DNA of 64,000 nucleotides from assembly GCA_016931995.1 (NCBI GenBank), contig JAFGDS010000102.1, forward strand, positions 1 through 64,000, written 5' to 3'. This document shows, piece by piece, positions 18,682 through 28,100 of this stretch (position 1 is its first letter; every line of letters begins with the position of its first letter). A program made the translations under genes and the position numbers. The notes under the pieces are model-generated. The model was not told where the DNA came from and did not search any database. It saw nothing but the letters and a program-made list of their open reading frames with translations. The DNA is from Pirellulales bacterium (GTDB lineage: Bacteria > Planctomycetota > Planctomycetia > Pirellulales > Thermoguttaceae).

Positions 18682-19209
18682 GGACCTGCTTTGATTAGGG
18701 GTGCTGCCGCGAGGCACGCCAGCCGTGGCACGCGTGTTGCATGGGGTCGTCTGGTGCTAGCATAGCGCGGCTTTGCGCGGAATTCTCCGCAATTCGCCGT
18801 CATTTTTCCCGCAAGCGCGCGCCGCTACTTGACAAAGGGCCGCGAAGTCGGACAATGAGGCCCATGCCGAGCGAATCGAGGCGCGTCGAGAGCGCTGGGC
18901 AAGGGCATTGCCGTTCGGGCAATGCTCAAGTCGCGTCGCGGCGAGTTGTCCGACCTCGTGGAGATGCTGCCCGTCGCCGCGGGCGCGATGCTTGACACGG
19001 TTGTTGGGCGCGAGTGGTCTGGCTGCGGTCAGGCTGGAGTGGACCCACGGAAATGGAATGAATCCGGGGGGGCGGCGACCGTAGGATCGATAGTCGGCGG
19101 CGGAGGTCGCGGCCGGGAAGGCCCCCCCCCTCGGTATTTTGGTGGTCCTGATGCGCCGGCAACGGCGCGGTGCTTCCTCGTTCTCGCCGGTCAGGCTTCC
19201 TCTTCGACG

Positions 19210-20265
19210 ATGTCCATCTGCCTGATTGGTCTGGGCGCGAATCTGGGCGATCGTGTCCGAACGCTTCAGGCGGCCGTCGACTTGCTTGCGCATGAAGGGA
19301 GCGTGCGTCTTTTGGCCAAGAGTCGGTGGCACGAGACGCTGCCCGTCGGCGGCCCGCCCGGTCAGCCGCCCTATCTCAACGGCGCGGCGACCCTCGAGAC
19401 GACGTTGACGCCCGAGACGCTTCTGGAACGCCTTCAGACAATCGAGCGGGCGTTGGGCCGCGCGCGGGGGCGGCGATGGGGCCCCCGAACCATCGACCTC
19501 GACTTGTTGCTCCACGGCGAAGAGGTCCTCGACTCGCCGCGTTTGACGGTGCCGCACCCACGGATGGCGTGGCGGCGATTCGTGCTCGCGCCGGCGGCGG
19601 AGGTGGCCGCGTCGATGGTCCACCCGACGACCAGTTGGACCATCGGCCGGTTGCTTGCGCATTTGGACGCGGGGCCAGACTACGTCGCGATTGCCGGCGG
19701 GATCGGGGCGGGCAAGACCTCGCTGGCCCGGCGGCTCGCGCGGGCGTGCCGGGCGCGACTCGTCGCCGAGCGGCTCGACCTGCGCGGCCTGGGCGCCTTC
19801 TACGCCGATCCGTCTAGCCACGCTTGGGCGACGGAGTTACAATTCCTGAGCCAGCGTGCCGGGTGGCTGGCGGGCGACGATGCGGCCTGGTCGGACGGGG
19901 CGTTGGCCGTGAGCGATTTTTGGCTGGATCAGTCGCGCGCGTTTGCGCGGGTGTGGCTGCGGCCGGAGCAGTTCGAGGCGTTCGAGGCCCGTTTCGAGCA
20001 GGTCCGAGGCGGTTCGGTCCGGCCGAAGCTCACGATCCTGTTGGACGTGTCGGCGGAGCGTCTTTTGGCGCGGATCCGCCGTCGCGGCCGGCCGCAAGAA
20101 CGCCCGTTGGACGAAGCCCGCGTGGGCCAGATTGCCCAGGGTATTGCCGAGGCGACCCGCGGGCCCGACGTGGGCCCCGTTCTTCGTCTGACCGACCCAA
20201 CGCCCCGCGAGGCGCTCCGCGAAGCCACGGCCGCCGTCGCGGCGATGACCGCGCGGTCGCGTTGA
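19210..20265 (+). CDS. folK: HPPK (FolK) fused to a C-terminal deoxynucleoside-kinase-like P-loop domain
   Basis: FolK part: ICLIGLGANLGDR .. ETLPVGG..QPPYLN .. RWGPRTIDLDLLLHG .. PHPRM. C-terminal part: AIAGGIGAGKTS (P-loop), AFYADPSSHAWATELQFLSQR, ERLLARIRRRGRPQE (dNK-family signatures). Start taken at MSICLIG; the upstream part of the ORF is rejected. Confidence 0.8.
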   Translation: MSICLIGLGANLGDRVRTLQAAVDLLAHEGSVRLLAKSRWHETLPVGGPPGQPPYLNGAATLETTLTPETLLERLQTIERALGRARGRRWGPRTIDLDLLLHGEEVLDSPRLTVPHPRMAWRRFVLAPAAEVAASMVHPTTSWTIGRLLAHLDAGPDYVAIAGGIGAGKTSLARRLARACRARLVAERLDLRGLGAFYADPSSHAWATELQFLSQRAGWLAGDDAAWSDGALAVSDFWLDQSRAFARVWLRPEQFEAFEARFEQVRGGSVRPKLTILLDVSAERLLARIRRRGRPQERPLDEARVGQIAQGIAEATRGPDVGPVLRLTDPTPREALREATAAVAAMTARSR

Positions 20266-20432
20266 GCCAGTGAGTCAGGCCGTGCCCGACGGACGTTGGC
20301 GACGACGATGGTTTTGGAGTGCGGCGACTGAGTGCCCCTGGCTTTGCCAGTGCGAAAATCGCGGCATCGCGCGGCACTGGCAAAGCCAGTGGCGCACGTT
20401 GCGACACCCGCAAAGCCACAAGCGGCAAGTTT

Positions 20433-21293
20433 ATGATGGATCCCCCACGAGTCATCACGACGCTTGACGACCTCCGCGCGGCGGTGGGACCGCTGCGGCG
20501 CGCGGGTTGGCGGGTGGGCGTCGTGCCGACGATGGGGGCGCTGCACGAGGGCCACTTGAGCCTGGTCCACGCGTCGCGGGCCGAGTGCGATTTCACCGTC
20601 GCGTGGATCTTCGTCAATCCAAGTCAGTTTGGTCCCGGCGAGGATTATGCCCGGTATCCCCGCGACCTCCAAGCGGATCTCGACAAGCTGGCCGCCTGCG
20701 GCGTGGAGCTGGTCTTCGCGCCGGCGGAGGGCGAGGTGTACGGGCCGGAACATGACACCTGGGTTGAACCGGGCGCGGTCGCCGGGCCGCTGGAGGGCGA
20801 GCACCGGCCGGGGCATTTCCGCGGCGTGGCGACGATCGTGCTCAAGCTGTTCAACATGATCGCGCCGGACGCGGCGTATTTCGGGCAAAAGGACTACCAG
20901 CAGGCCCTGGTGATCCGGCGGATGACCGCCGATCTCGACCTGCCCATCGAAATCCGTGTCTGCCCGATCGTCCGCGAGTCCGACGGCCTGGCCATGAGCT
21001 CGCGCAACGCCTACCTGAGCCCCGCGGCGCGACGACGGGCGACCGTGCTGTGGAAGAGCTTGTGCCTGGCGAAGGAGCTTGTGGCCGGCGGCGAGCGCGG
21101 GGCCGAGACCATCGCCCGGCGGATGCGCGAGGTGATCCTGTCGGCCGAGGACGCGCGGATCGACTACGTCGCCCTGGTCGATCCGGAAACGCTTCAGCAG
21201 GTCGAGCGGGTGGACCGCCCGACGCTGGCGGCCCTGGCCGTGCGGATCGAGAACACGCGGTTGATCGACAACTGCATATTGACGGTGGAATGA
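20433..21293 (+). CDS. panC: Pantoate--beta-alanine ligase
   Basis: PTMGALHEGHLSL, FGQKDYQQ, MSSRN motifs. Start at MMDPPR; the upstream part of the ORF is rejected. Confidence 0.9.
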   Translation: MMDPPRVITTLDDLRAAVGPLRRAGWRVGVVPTMGALHEGHLSLVHASRAECDFTVAWIFVNPSQFGPGEDYARYPRDLQADLDKLAACGVELVFAPAEGEVYGPEHDTWVEPGAVAGPLEGEHRPGHFRGVATIVLKLFNMIAPDAAYFGQKDYQQALVIRRMTADLDLPIEIRVCPIVRESDGLAMSSRNAYLSPAARRRATVLWKSLCLAKELVAGGERGAETIARRMREVILSAEDARIDYVALVDPETLQQVERVDRPTLAALAVRIENTRLIDNCILTVE

Positions 21294-22576
21294 CTTGGAG
21301 CCGCGCCGTGTGTCGAACGCTTTTTCACATCCCCAACGAGATCGCCGGCGTCGGCGTGTTCGGCGTCGGGTGGTTGTTGGGGCTTTGGGTGATTGTGGGC
21401 ATCGTCATACTCGCGTGGGTGGGACGAAAGGAAGGCTTGGGGCGGGAGTGGTTCGGCTACCTCCCACTGCTGGCGATCGTTGCCGCGGCCATCGTCTGGG
21501 TGCTGCCCGCCGTCTGCGATAAGGAGGGGCTCCCCATCCGCGGCTACGGCACGATGATGCTCGTGGCCGTGGCGTCGGGCACGGGCTTGTTCGTCTGGCG
21601 GATGGCGCGCGTCGGCGTGGAACCCGATCTGACGCTCTCGATGGTCTTTTGGATGTTCCTGGGGGGCATCCTCGGCGCCCGGGCGTTCTACGTGATCGAA
21701 TACTGGTCCGATTTCCACAAGCCCACGCTGGGGGCGACGCTGGCCGCCGTGGCCAACATCACGCTGGGCGGGTTGGTCGTCTACGGGTCGCTCCTCGGCG
21801 GGCTGGCGGCCATGTTCATTTTCCTCCGCGCGCGCCGGCTGCCGGCTCTGGTCGTCTGCGATCGGCTCGCGCCGTGCCTGGTGTTGGGGCTGGCCATCGG
21901 CCGGGTCGGATGCCTGATGAACGGGTGCTGCTTCGGCGGACCGTGCGACCACGCCTGGGCTCTGCGCTTTCCGCCCGACAGCCAGGTGTACGAGAGCCAG
22001 GCAAGCGGCGGCCTCTTCCACGGCATGAAGCTGGGCGAAGACGCCGGCGAGCCGACCACCGTCATCGAGATCGAGCCCGACGGACCGGCCGCCCGCGCCG
22101 GCTTGCGTCCGGGCGACCGGATCGTCGGCGTCGAGGGACGCCCGGTGGAATCGGCGCGGGATCTCCGTTCGGCTCTGCTTTTGGCGTATTTTGAGGAACG
22201 GCCGTTGGCCCTGCGCACCGCCGGCGGCCGGGACGCGCAAATGGCGGCCGTGCCGATCGCGCCGCGGAGCCTCCCCGTGACGCCGACGCAGCCGCTGGCG
22301 ACGATCAACGCCCTGGCGATCATGCTGTTTCTGCTGGCGTGCGAGCCCTTTTGCCGCCGCGACGGCCAACTGTTCGCCATCTTGCTGACGCTTTACCCCA
22401 TCACGCGGTTCATCCTCGAGATCATCCGCACGGACGAGCACGCGGTGTTCGACACGAGCCTGAGCATCTCGCAGAACGTAAGCATCTTGGTGCTCGTGGG
22501 CATCGTCGTCTTCTGGATCTTCGTCTTTCGCCAGCCGGCGCGACCGTTTCGAGATCCTTCGCTGCGCTCAGGATGA
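21290..22576 (+). CDS. lgt: Prolipoprotein diacylglyceryl transferase with an inserted PDZ-like domain
   Basis: ATGA overlap with the panC stop. GRVGCLMNGCC and YPITRFILEIIRTDE Lgt-type motifs, multiple TM helices. Insert GLRPGDRIVGVEGRPVESARDL resembles a PDZ core. 3' end runs into a family A repeat. Confidence 0.8.
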   Translation: MTWSRAVCRTLFHIPNEIAGVGVFGVGWLLGLWVIVGIVILAWVGRKEGLGREWFGYLPLLAIVAAAIVWVLPAVCDKEGLPIRGYGTMMLVAVASGTGLFVWRMARVGVEPDLTLSMVFWMFLGGILGARAFYVIEYWSDFHKPTLGATLAAVANITLGGLVVYGSLLGGLAAMFIFLRARRLPALVVCDRLAPCLVLGLAIGRVGCLMNGCCFGGPCDHAWALRFPPDSQVYESQASGGLFHGMKLGEDAGEPTTVIEIEPDGPAARAGLRPGDRIVGVEGRPVESARDLRSALLLAYFEERPLALRTAGGRDAQMAAVPIAPRSLPVTPTQPLATINALAIMLFLLACEPFCRRDGQLFAILLTLYPITRFILEIIRTDEHAVFDTSLSISQNVSILVLVGIVVFWIFVFRQPARPFRDPSLRSG

Positions 22577-22577
22577 C
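22551..22577. repeat. Repeat family A half-copy (GAGATCCTTCGCTGCGCTCAGGATGAC)
   Basis: Identical arm to the 5407, 29275, 49446 and 52654 copies. Confidence 0.6.
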
Positions 22578-22617
22578 GTGCGGGGTTGATCGCTCAGATG
22601 TTCCACGGACGGACGAG

Positions 22618-22977
22618 ATGACCCACTACGCGGCCGCGTTGATTCTGTTGACGATCTCGAACGTCTTCATGACGTTCGCGTGGTACGGCCACTTGAAGTA
22701 CAAGAGCGCGGCCTTGTGGACGGCGGTCCTGGCCAGTTGGATGATCGCCTTCGTGGAGTATTGTTTCCAGGTGCCGGCCAACCGGATCGGCCACAACGCC
22801 GGCGTCACCGCGGCGCAGCTCAAGACGGCGCAAGAGGTCATCACGCTGGGCGTGTTTTGCGTGTTCTCCGTGCTGTACCTGAGGGAGCCGCTGCGGTGGA
22901 ACTACCTGGTGGGTTTTGCCCTGGTGGCTCTGGGCGCCTTGTTCGTCTTTGCCCCCTGGCACCGCGTCGGCGCGTGA
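22618..22977 (+). CDS. Small DMT-superfamily/DUF486-like 4-TM protein
   Basis: 119 aa. MTHYAAALILLTISNVFMTFAWYGHLKYK is the characteristic DUF486 N-terminus. Four hydrophobic helices. Confidence 0.65.
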   Translation: MTHYAAALILLTISNVFMTFAWYGHLKYKSAALWTAVLASWMIAFVEYCFQVPANRIGHNAGVTAAQLKTAQEVITLGVFCVFSVLYLREPLRWNYLVGFALVALGALFVFAPWHRVGA

Positions 22978-23117
22978 GCGAGCGGACCCTCGAGTGGGTC
23001 GGTTCCAGCGAGTCCTTGGGCCGGAGGCGTCGCGTAGCCTCGGTCAGACGCTCTCCGCCGCCGCGTTGTCCATTGCCTCGAACGCGTCCGCCCAACCCGG
23101 CCTTGACGCGCCGGCGG

Positions 23118-24011
23118 TTAGGGGCGTCCGCTTTCCGCCTCGGCGTAGCCGGCGGGCAGGGCGGCGATGATGCGGATTTGGCTGGGCTTGGCGGGTGGAG
23201 GAAGGACGGTCACGCGCGAGCGACCGTCGACCAGCGCGAGGCTCGATGGAAGCCGGCTCGCGCCGGGCCGCTGCTCGTCGCGGGTGACGGGATCGGTTTC
23301 GGGCATGGGGGCCAGCGGCGCGGGAGTCGGGGCGGGCGTCGGCCCGCCTTCGGGGATGGTCTCGCCCTCGTCCGGCTCGCCCTGCCGCGGCGCCTCTCCA
23401 GCAGGCGGAAGCACGCGCCGGCACGCTGCCAGCGCGTTGGCGGCCGCCTGGCGCACCCGCGCCGATCGCTCCGTGTAGCACCCATTTTCGTCCTGCTCGT
23501 AGGCCACGGCGTGAAGCTTGGTCATTACCTTTGCGCTGCAGCAGCCCTTGCCGCCACAGTACTCGCAGGGATTGCCGGCGGCCTCGCAGAAGGCAATCGC
23601 GGCCTCGAAGCGGACCTCTTCGGAACAGTCGTCCAACTTGGCCAGCAGAGCCTCCGCGACGCCTTCGTAGCAGCCGCATCCAACCGTGGCCAAATACTTG
23701 ATCGCCTTGATTTTCTGGGGCGCCAGGTCTTCTTCGGTCTTGATCTTGGCGGCCAGCTTGACGGCGGCGCTGTCCGACTGGAGATTCTCCGGGTCGGCGA
23801 TTCGCCGGATGGGCGTCTCGCGTTCCAACCCCGGCCGGTTTCCGCGCCGATTCGTCGTGACGTCGCGGATCTTCTGGATCCCCCGCGGAATGCCGAGGAA
23901 GTGCCAGATCGTCTGCGACGCGGCGGCTTCCTCGACCGCGCGGCCCGTCGAGGCCGCGCCCAGAAGGCACGCCAACGCAAGACACGATCCCATGCAATGA
24001 CAACGACTCAT
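23118..24011 (-). CDS. Secreted Cys-rich HEAT-like repeat protein, stand-alone paralog of the N-terminal domain of the downstream TonB-dependent receptor
   Basis: Signal peptide MSRCHCMGSCLALACLLGAASTGRA. About 190 aa align at about 60% identity with residues 30-220 of ORF 25174-28251 (WxxLGIPxGIQKxRDVTTNRRGN .. QKIKAIKYL .. CYEGV .. CGGxGCC .. SARVR..A.NAL.AC). HEAT-like xEVRxEAAI repeats. Confidence 0.6.
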   Translation of the reverse strand: MSRCHCMGSCLALACLLGAASTGRAVEEAAASQTIWHFLGIPRGIQKIRDVTTNRRGNRPGLERETPIRRIADPENLQSDSAAVKLAAKIKTEEDLAPQKIKAIKYLATVGCGCYEGVAEALLAKLDDCSEEVRFEAAIAFCEAAGNPCEYCGGKGCCSAKVMTKLHAVAYEQDENGCYTERSARVRQAAANALAACRRVLPPAGEAPRQGEPDEGETIPEGGPTPAPTPAPLAPMPETDPVTRDEQRPGASRLPSSLALVDGRSRVTVLPPPAKPSQIRIIAALPAGYAEAESGRP

Positions 24012-24093
24012 GACGCTTCTCCCTTGGATGGACGCGCCGCGTCAACGCTTGGCCCCGCGGGCGGCCGCGAGACCTTTCGTTCCGAGGCGACGA

Positions 24094-24734
24094 TTACTGG
24101 CCACACGCTTCCTGTCGGCGGTTCTCGTTCCCGCCCACCCGCTTGCCGCGGCGGCAGTCGGGACAGCAGATGGTCGTCGGAACCTCGCGATAGACGACCC
24201 GCGGGACGCACACGGTCACCGTGTACGGTTCCTGCGTGACGACGCGCCGCGGGACCTCGACGACTTTTTGATAGGGCTCGGGCCGCAACACGGTGTAGGG
24301 CACCTTCTTGATGATGCAGGTCGGCGCCATCTTGACGCAGCTTCCAGACGTCCCACGGCCGCCGCGGTCGTTGCCCGACGCGCGACCTTCGCACGCCTCG
24401 GGCTGCCAGACCGTGCACGGACAACACCGATACCGCGTTTCCTCGACGTAGCGAACCGCGTCCACGGTTTTTTGTCGATCACGTCCTTGAACACGGACCG
24501 GTAGAAAGTCCGCTGCTCCTCGTCGTAAACGATCTCCTTGCACGTCTTCATGACCGTGCAAACCTGGCCGCAACGGCAGGTCTTCCCGCAACACGGTTGC
24601 ACGGCGACCGAATCCGACGCCGCCTGGACGCCGGAGCCGCCCATCGTTTCGTCCTGAGCTCTGGCTGCCGGCGCGGGCGCGCCAGCCAGACAAGCCACTA
24701 GTGCTCCCAGCGCGAGTTTTGTTGTGAGGTCCAT
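24094..24734 (-). pseudogene. Cys-rich secreted small protein split across two frames at an A_AAA_AAC heptamer (frameshifted gene, sequencing indel, or programmed -1 frameshift)
   Basis: Frame A (GAGGAG RBS; MDLTTKLALGALVACLAGAPAPAARA signal; ..QPCCGKTCRCGQVCTVMKTCKEIVYDEEQRTFYRSVFKDVIDKK) reads into R/S-rich junk after the A6 run. The -1 frame continues as TVDAVRYVEETRYRCCPCTVWQPEACEG..KKVPYTVLRPEPYQKVVEVPRRVVTQEPYTVTVCVPRVVYREVPTTICCPDC, a coherent Cys-rich sequence. Confidence 0.45.
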
Positions 24735-25173
24735 GCAGCAAGTCTCCTCTTCGGGGGGTCTTGCGCTCAAGCCGCCCGCGGATGCCGCGACCGGGTGGAC
24801 GTTGCGGGGCGCGTGTGTCCCATTGGCTGGTGTCCGCCGCTAACGGGTGTTTGCATTAGCCCGAGCTTTCGGATTGTATCAGTCTACCTGATCGTCACTG
24901 TTTGACAACTTGACGCGGTTGGGTAACCGCGGCCGGGCGGATGGTAGGTGTTGCTCGCCGACAGACCTTGTCGAGATGCCGCATTTTGCGCGCCCCGCCC
25001 ATCCGGAGGCGACGGTGTCGCTCTGACGGTGGCGAAATTCGCATCGGGTCGCGGACGCCCGTTCCAATGGTCAACTCCCGCTCAAGGCGGAGCCTTTCCC
25101 GTCGAACACATGATAAGGTGCCGGTTTTTCGGGCTGGGGCGGTTGTCATTGATTTCCGGACGGGGGGGATAAC

Positions 25174-28100
25174 ATGAGGTTTGCCCTTTGCTCCTGCCGA
25201 ATCGCTCTTGCGGTCTGCGTTCTGGTTGCGGGGATGCCGCTCGGGGCGGCGGAGACGCCGTCGGCGCCGACTCTTTGGAACTATCTTGGCATCCCCCAGG
25301 GCATCCAAAAGGTCCGCGACGTGACGACGAACCGTCGCGGCAATCATCCGAATATCGAACGGCCGGATGCCCTGCGGAGGATCTCCGATCCGGCCAACCT
25401 GGCAATGGACCCGGACAAATACCCCGAGATCGTGACTGCCGCGAAGATCAAGAAGCAGGAGGACGAGGCGGAGCAGAAGATCAAGGCGATCAAGTACCTG
25501 GGCACGATCGGCTGCGCGGGCTGCTACGAGGGAGTCGACCAAGCGCTGCTGGAAGCGCTGGGCGATTGCACGGAGGCGGTCCGCCACGAAGCGGCGATTG
25601 TGTTGTGCCAGTCGGCCGGTTGCGTGTGTGATCGTTGCGGCGGGCGCGGATGCTGCACCGCGGCGGTGATGAAGAAGCTGCACGAACTCGCTTACGAGAC
25701 GGACGAAAGCTGCTGCCATAAGGAGCCGTCGGCCCGAGTGCGGGCGGCCGCCCGAAACGCCTTGCAGGCGTGCATGAGGGTCACGCCCGCGTCGGGGCCT
25801 CCGGGGATGACGCCGATCGAGGAAGGCGGGGAGCGGATCCCCAGCGCCGCGCCGACCGTGGCGCCAGGGCAAGGGCAATCGACGTCGTGGTCGCCATACG
25901 AGCCTCTTTCGGACAGCGACGAGAGACCCGGCTTCATGTTGGCCTCGGCCTCCGTTCCCGCTGATGACGACGCGGCGGCGCAGTCGCTGTCGGAGGTTTC
26001 CCACGGGTCGGACGACGCTCCGTTCGCGCCGTCCGCGATGAATCCGCGCGCCGGCGGGAGTCTCTTTCAGACGACGGCGTATCAACAGGGGCTCGGCGCG
26101 CAGCCGATCCTGCCGGGCGAGTTCGGGACCGGTCCGATGGACAACCCGCTTGTGACTTCCTGGGGAACCGCGGGCACGCCGACGTCTGGCGCCGACGACC
26201 TGTTTCGCAGCGGCCAACTCGTGTCTCTTCCCGGCGCCGGCAGGGTGGCGGCGCCCGAGGCAACGGGCCTAGGCTCCCCCGACCTGGCGGACGTGCTCCG
26301 ATCCGCGTCCAACGTGCAGAGCGTCGAGGTGCAGCGACGTTCGCCAGTCTCCCTGGACCCGAACCTGCGCGGCTTCAAGGCCGGGCAGGTTTACACGGTG
26401 GCGGACGGCGCCTACTGGACGCCCGCCCGACGCGACTTGGACACCATGCTCAGCAAAATTGACCCAGGCATGATCCAGGACGTCATGGTTATTTCCGGGC
26501 CCTACGGGTTGCGATACGGGCCGGGATTCGGCTTCATCGACGTCGTGCGCGCTCCGACGCCGCGTTACAAGCACGGGCACGAATCCCACCTCTTGAGCAC
26601 CGGCTCCGTCCGGACCAACGGCGGCCAGCTCTATGGACGTGAAACGCTCTTCGGCGGCAGCCAGAACTGGGGATACCGGATCAGTTACGGCCACCGCCGC
26701 GGCAACGACTACGAGGCGGGCAGCGGCTTGCGGATCCCCAGTAGCTACGAAAACCGCGACGTCTGGGGAGAGCTGAGCTACGATCTGAACCCCTATCAGC
26801 GGCTCGATTTCGCCTACCAGCGGCTCGACCAGACCGACGCCGAGTACGCGTGCCAAATGTTCGACATCCGCAGTTTGGTGACCAACGGGTTCCAGTTGCG
26901 GCTGGTCGACGAGGATCCCGCGGCCCCCTGGACCCGCTGGGCGACCGAGGCCTGGTACAACCGCACGCGATTCGGGGGCGACACGTCGCACAAACACAAC
27001 GCCAGCTTTCCGACTATCGAGCGGATCGAGTACGCCCTGGACGCCGAGGTTCCCGGCCCGCCGCACACGCTCAGCGGCGTGACGGACGGGTCGGTGGGCT
27101 CCAGCGGATTGCGCACGGCGATGACCTTTGGCGACGTCGAGGACCGGCACGCGACCTTGGGGACGGACTACCGCTACCTGTCGCAACACATATCGGAAGT
27201 CCTCAAGGTGGAGCCGGCCATTGGCGGCCAGACCTACATCCCCACGAGCCAGCCGCACTCCTGGCTCAGCGACGCGGGCATGTTTGCCGAGTATTTCGTG
27301 CCCGCCACGCCCGACGGGGACGTTTCGCTCGGCGCACGCGTCGATTTCATCGGCTCGACGGCCAGGGCGAGCGACCTGCGACCCAATACACAGGTGACGG
27401 GAGGTCTCGATCAGAACGAGATCCTTCCGGCCTTCTACTGGATGAACCGTTTGGCCCTTGATTCTTGCTGGACGTTCAAGGCGGGATTTGGCCACGCCCA
27501 ACGCCCGCCCACGTTGACCGAGCGCTACGCCGACGGCGTCTTCCTCGGCATCGCGCAGACCGGCTACACCCGCGTCATCGGCGATCCCGACCTCCGCGAC
27601 GAGCGGGATTGGCAGATCGACCTCGGCCTGGAAGCCAAGCACGACCGCTGGCGAGGCAGGGCCGACGTCTTCCATTCCTGGGTCGACCAATACATCACCT
27701 GGCAGGACGACACCGTCGTCAGCTTCGCCGACGCGAGGCTGCTGAGATTCGTTAACACCGATCTGGCCACGCTGGCGGGTTTCGAGCTGTCGGGCGAGTA
27801 CGATTGGTCGGACTACACCACGCTGTTCGGAACGATGCGGTACGTCGAAGGACGCGACCAGACGATCGACGCCCCGCTGCCGGCCATCCCGCCGCTCGAT
27901 TCGCGCGTGGGCGTGCGCCTGCACGATCCGGAAGGCGGCCGGCGCTGGGGCCTGGAACTCGGTACCCGGATCGTCAACACCCAGAACCGGCTGGGCACCG
28001 TCCTCTTGCTCGGCTCACAGAAGACCACCATCGAAGAGCGGACCGGCGGCTTCGCCGTCTGGCACCTCCGCGGCTACTACAACCACACGAAGAACCTGAG

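Noticed and set aside
20319-20432. Upstream extension of panC (ORF begins MRRLSAPGF...)
   Set aside because: N-terminal 38 codons are non-conserved. PanC family starts close to the MMDPPRVITT segment.
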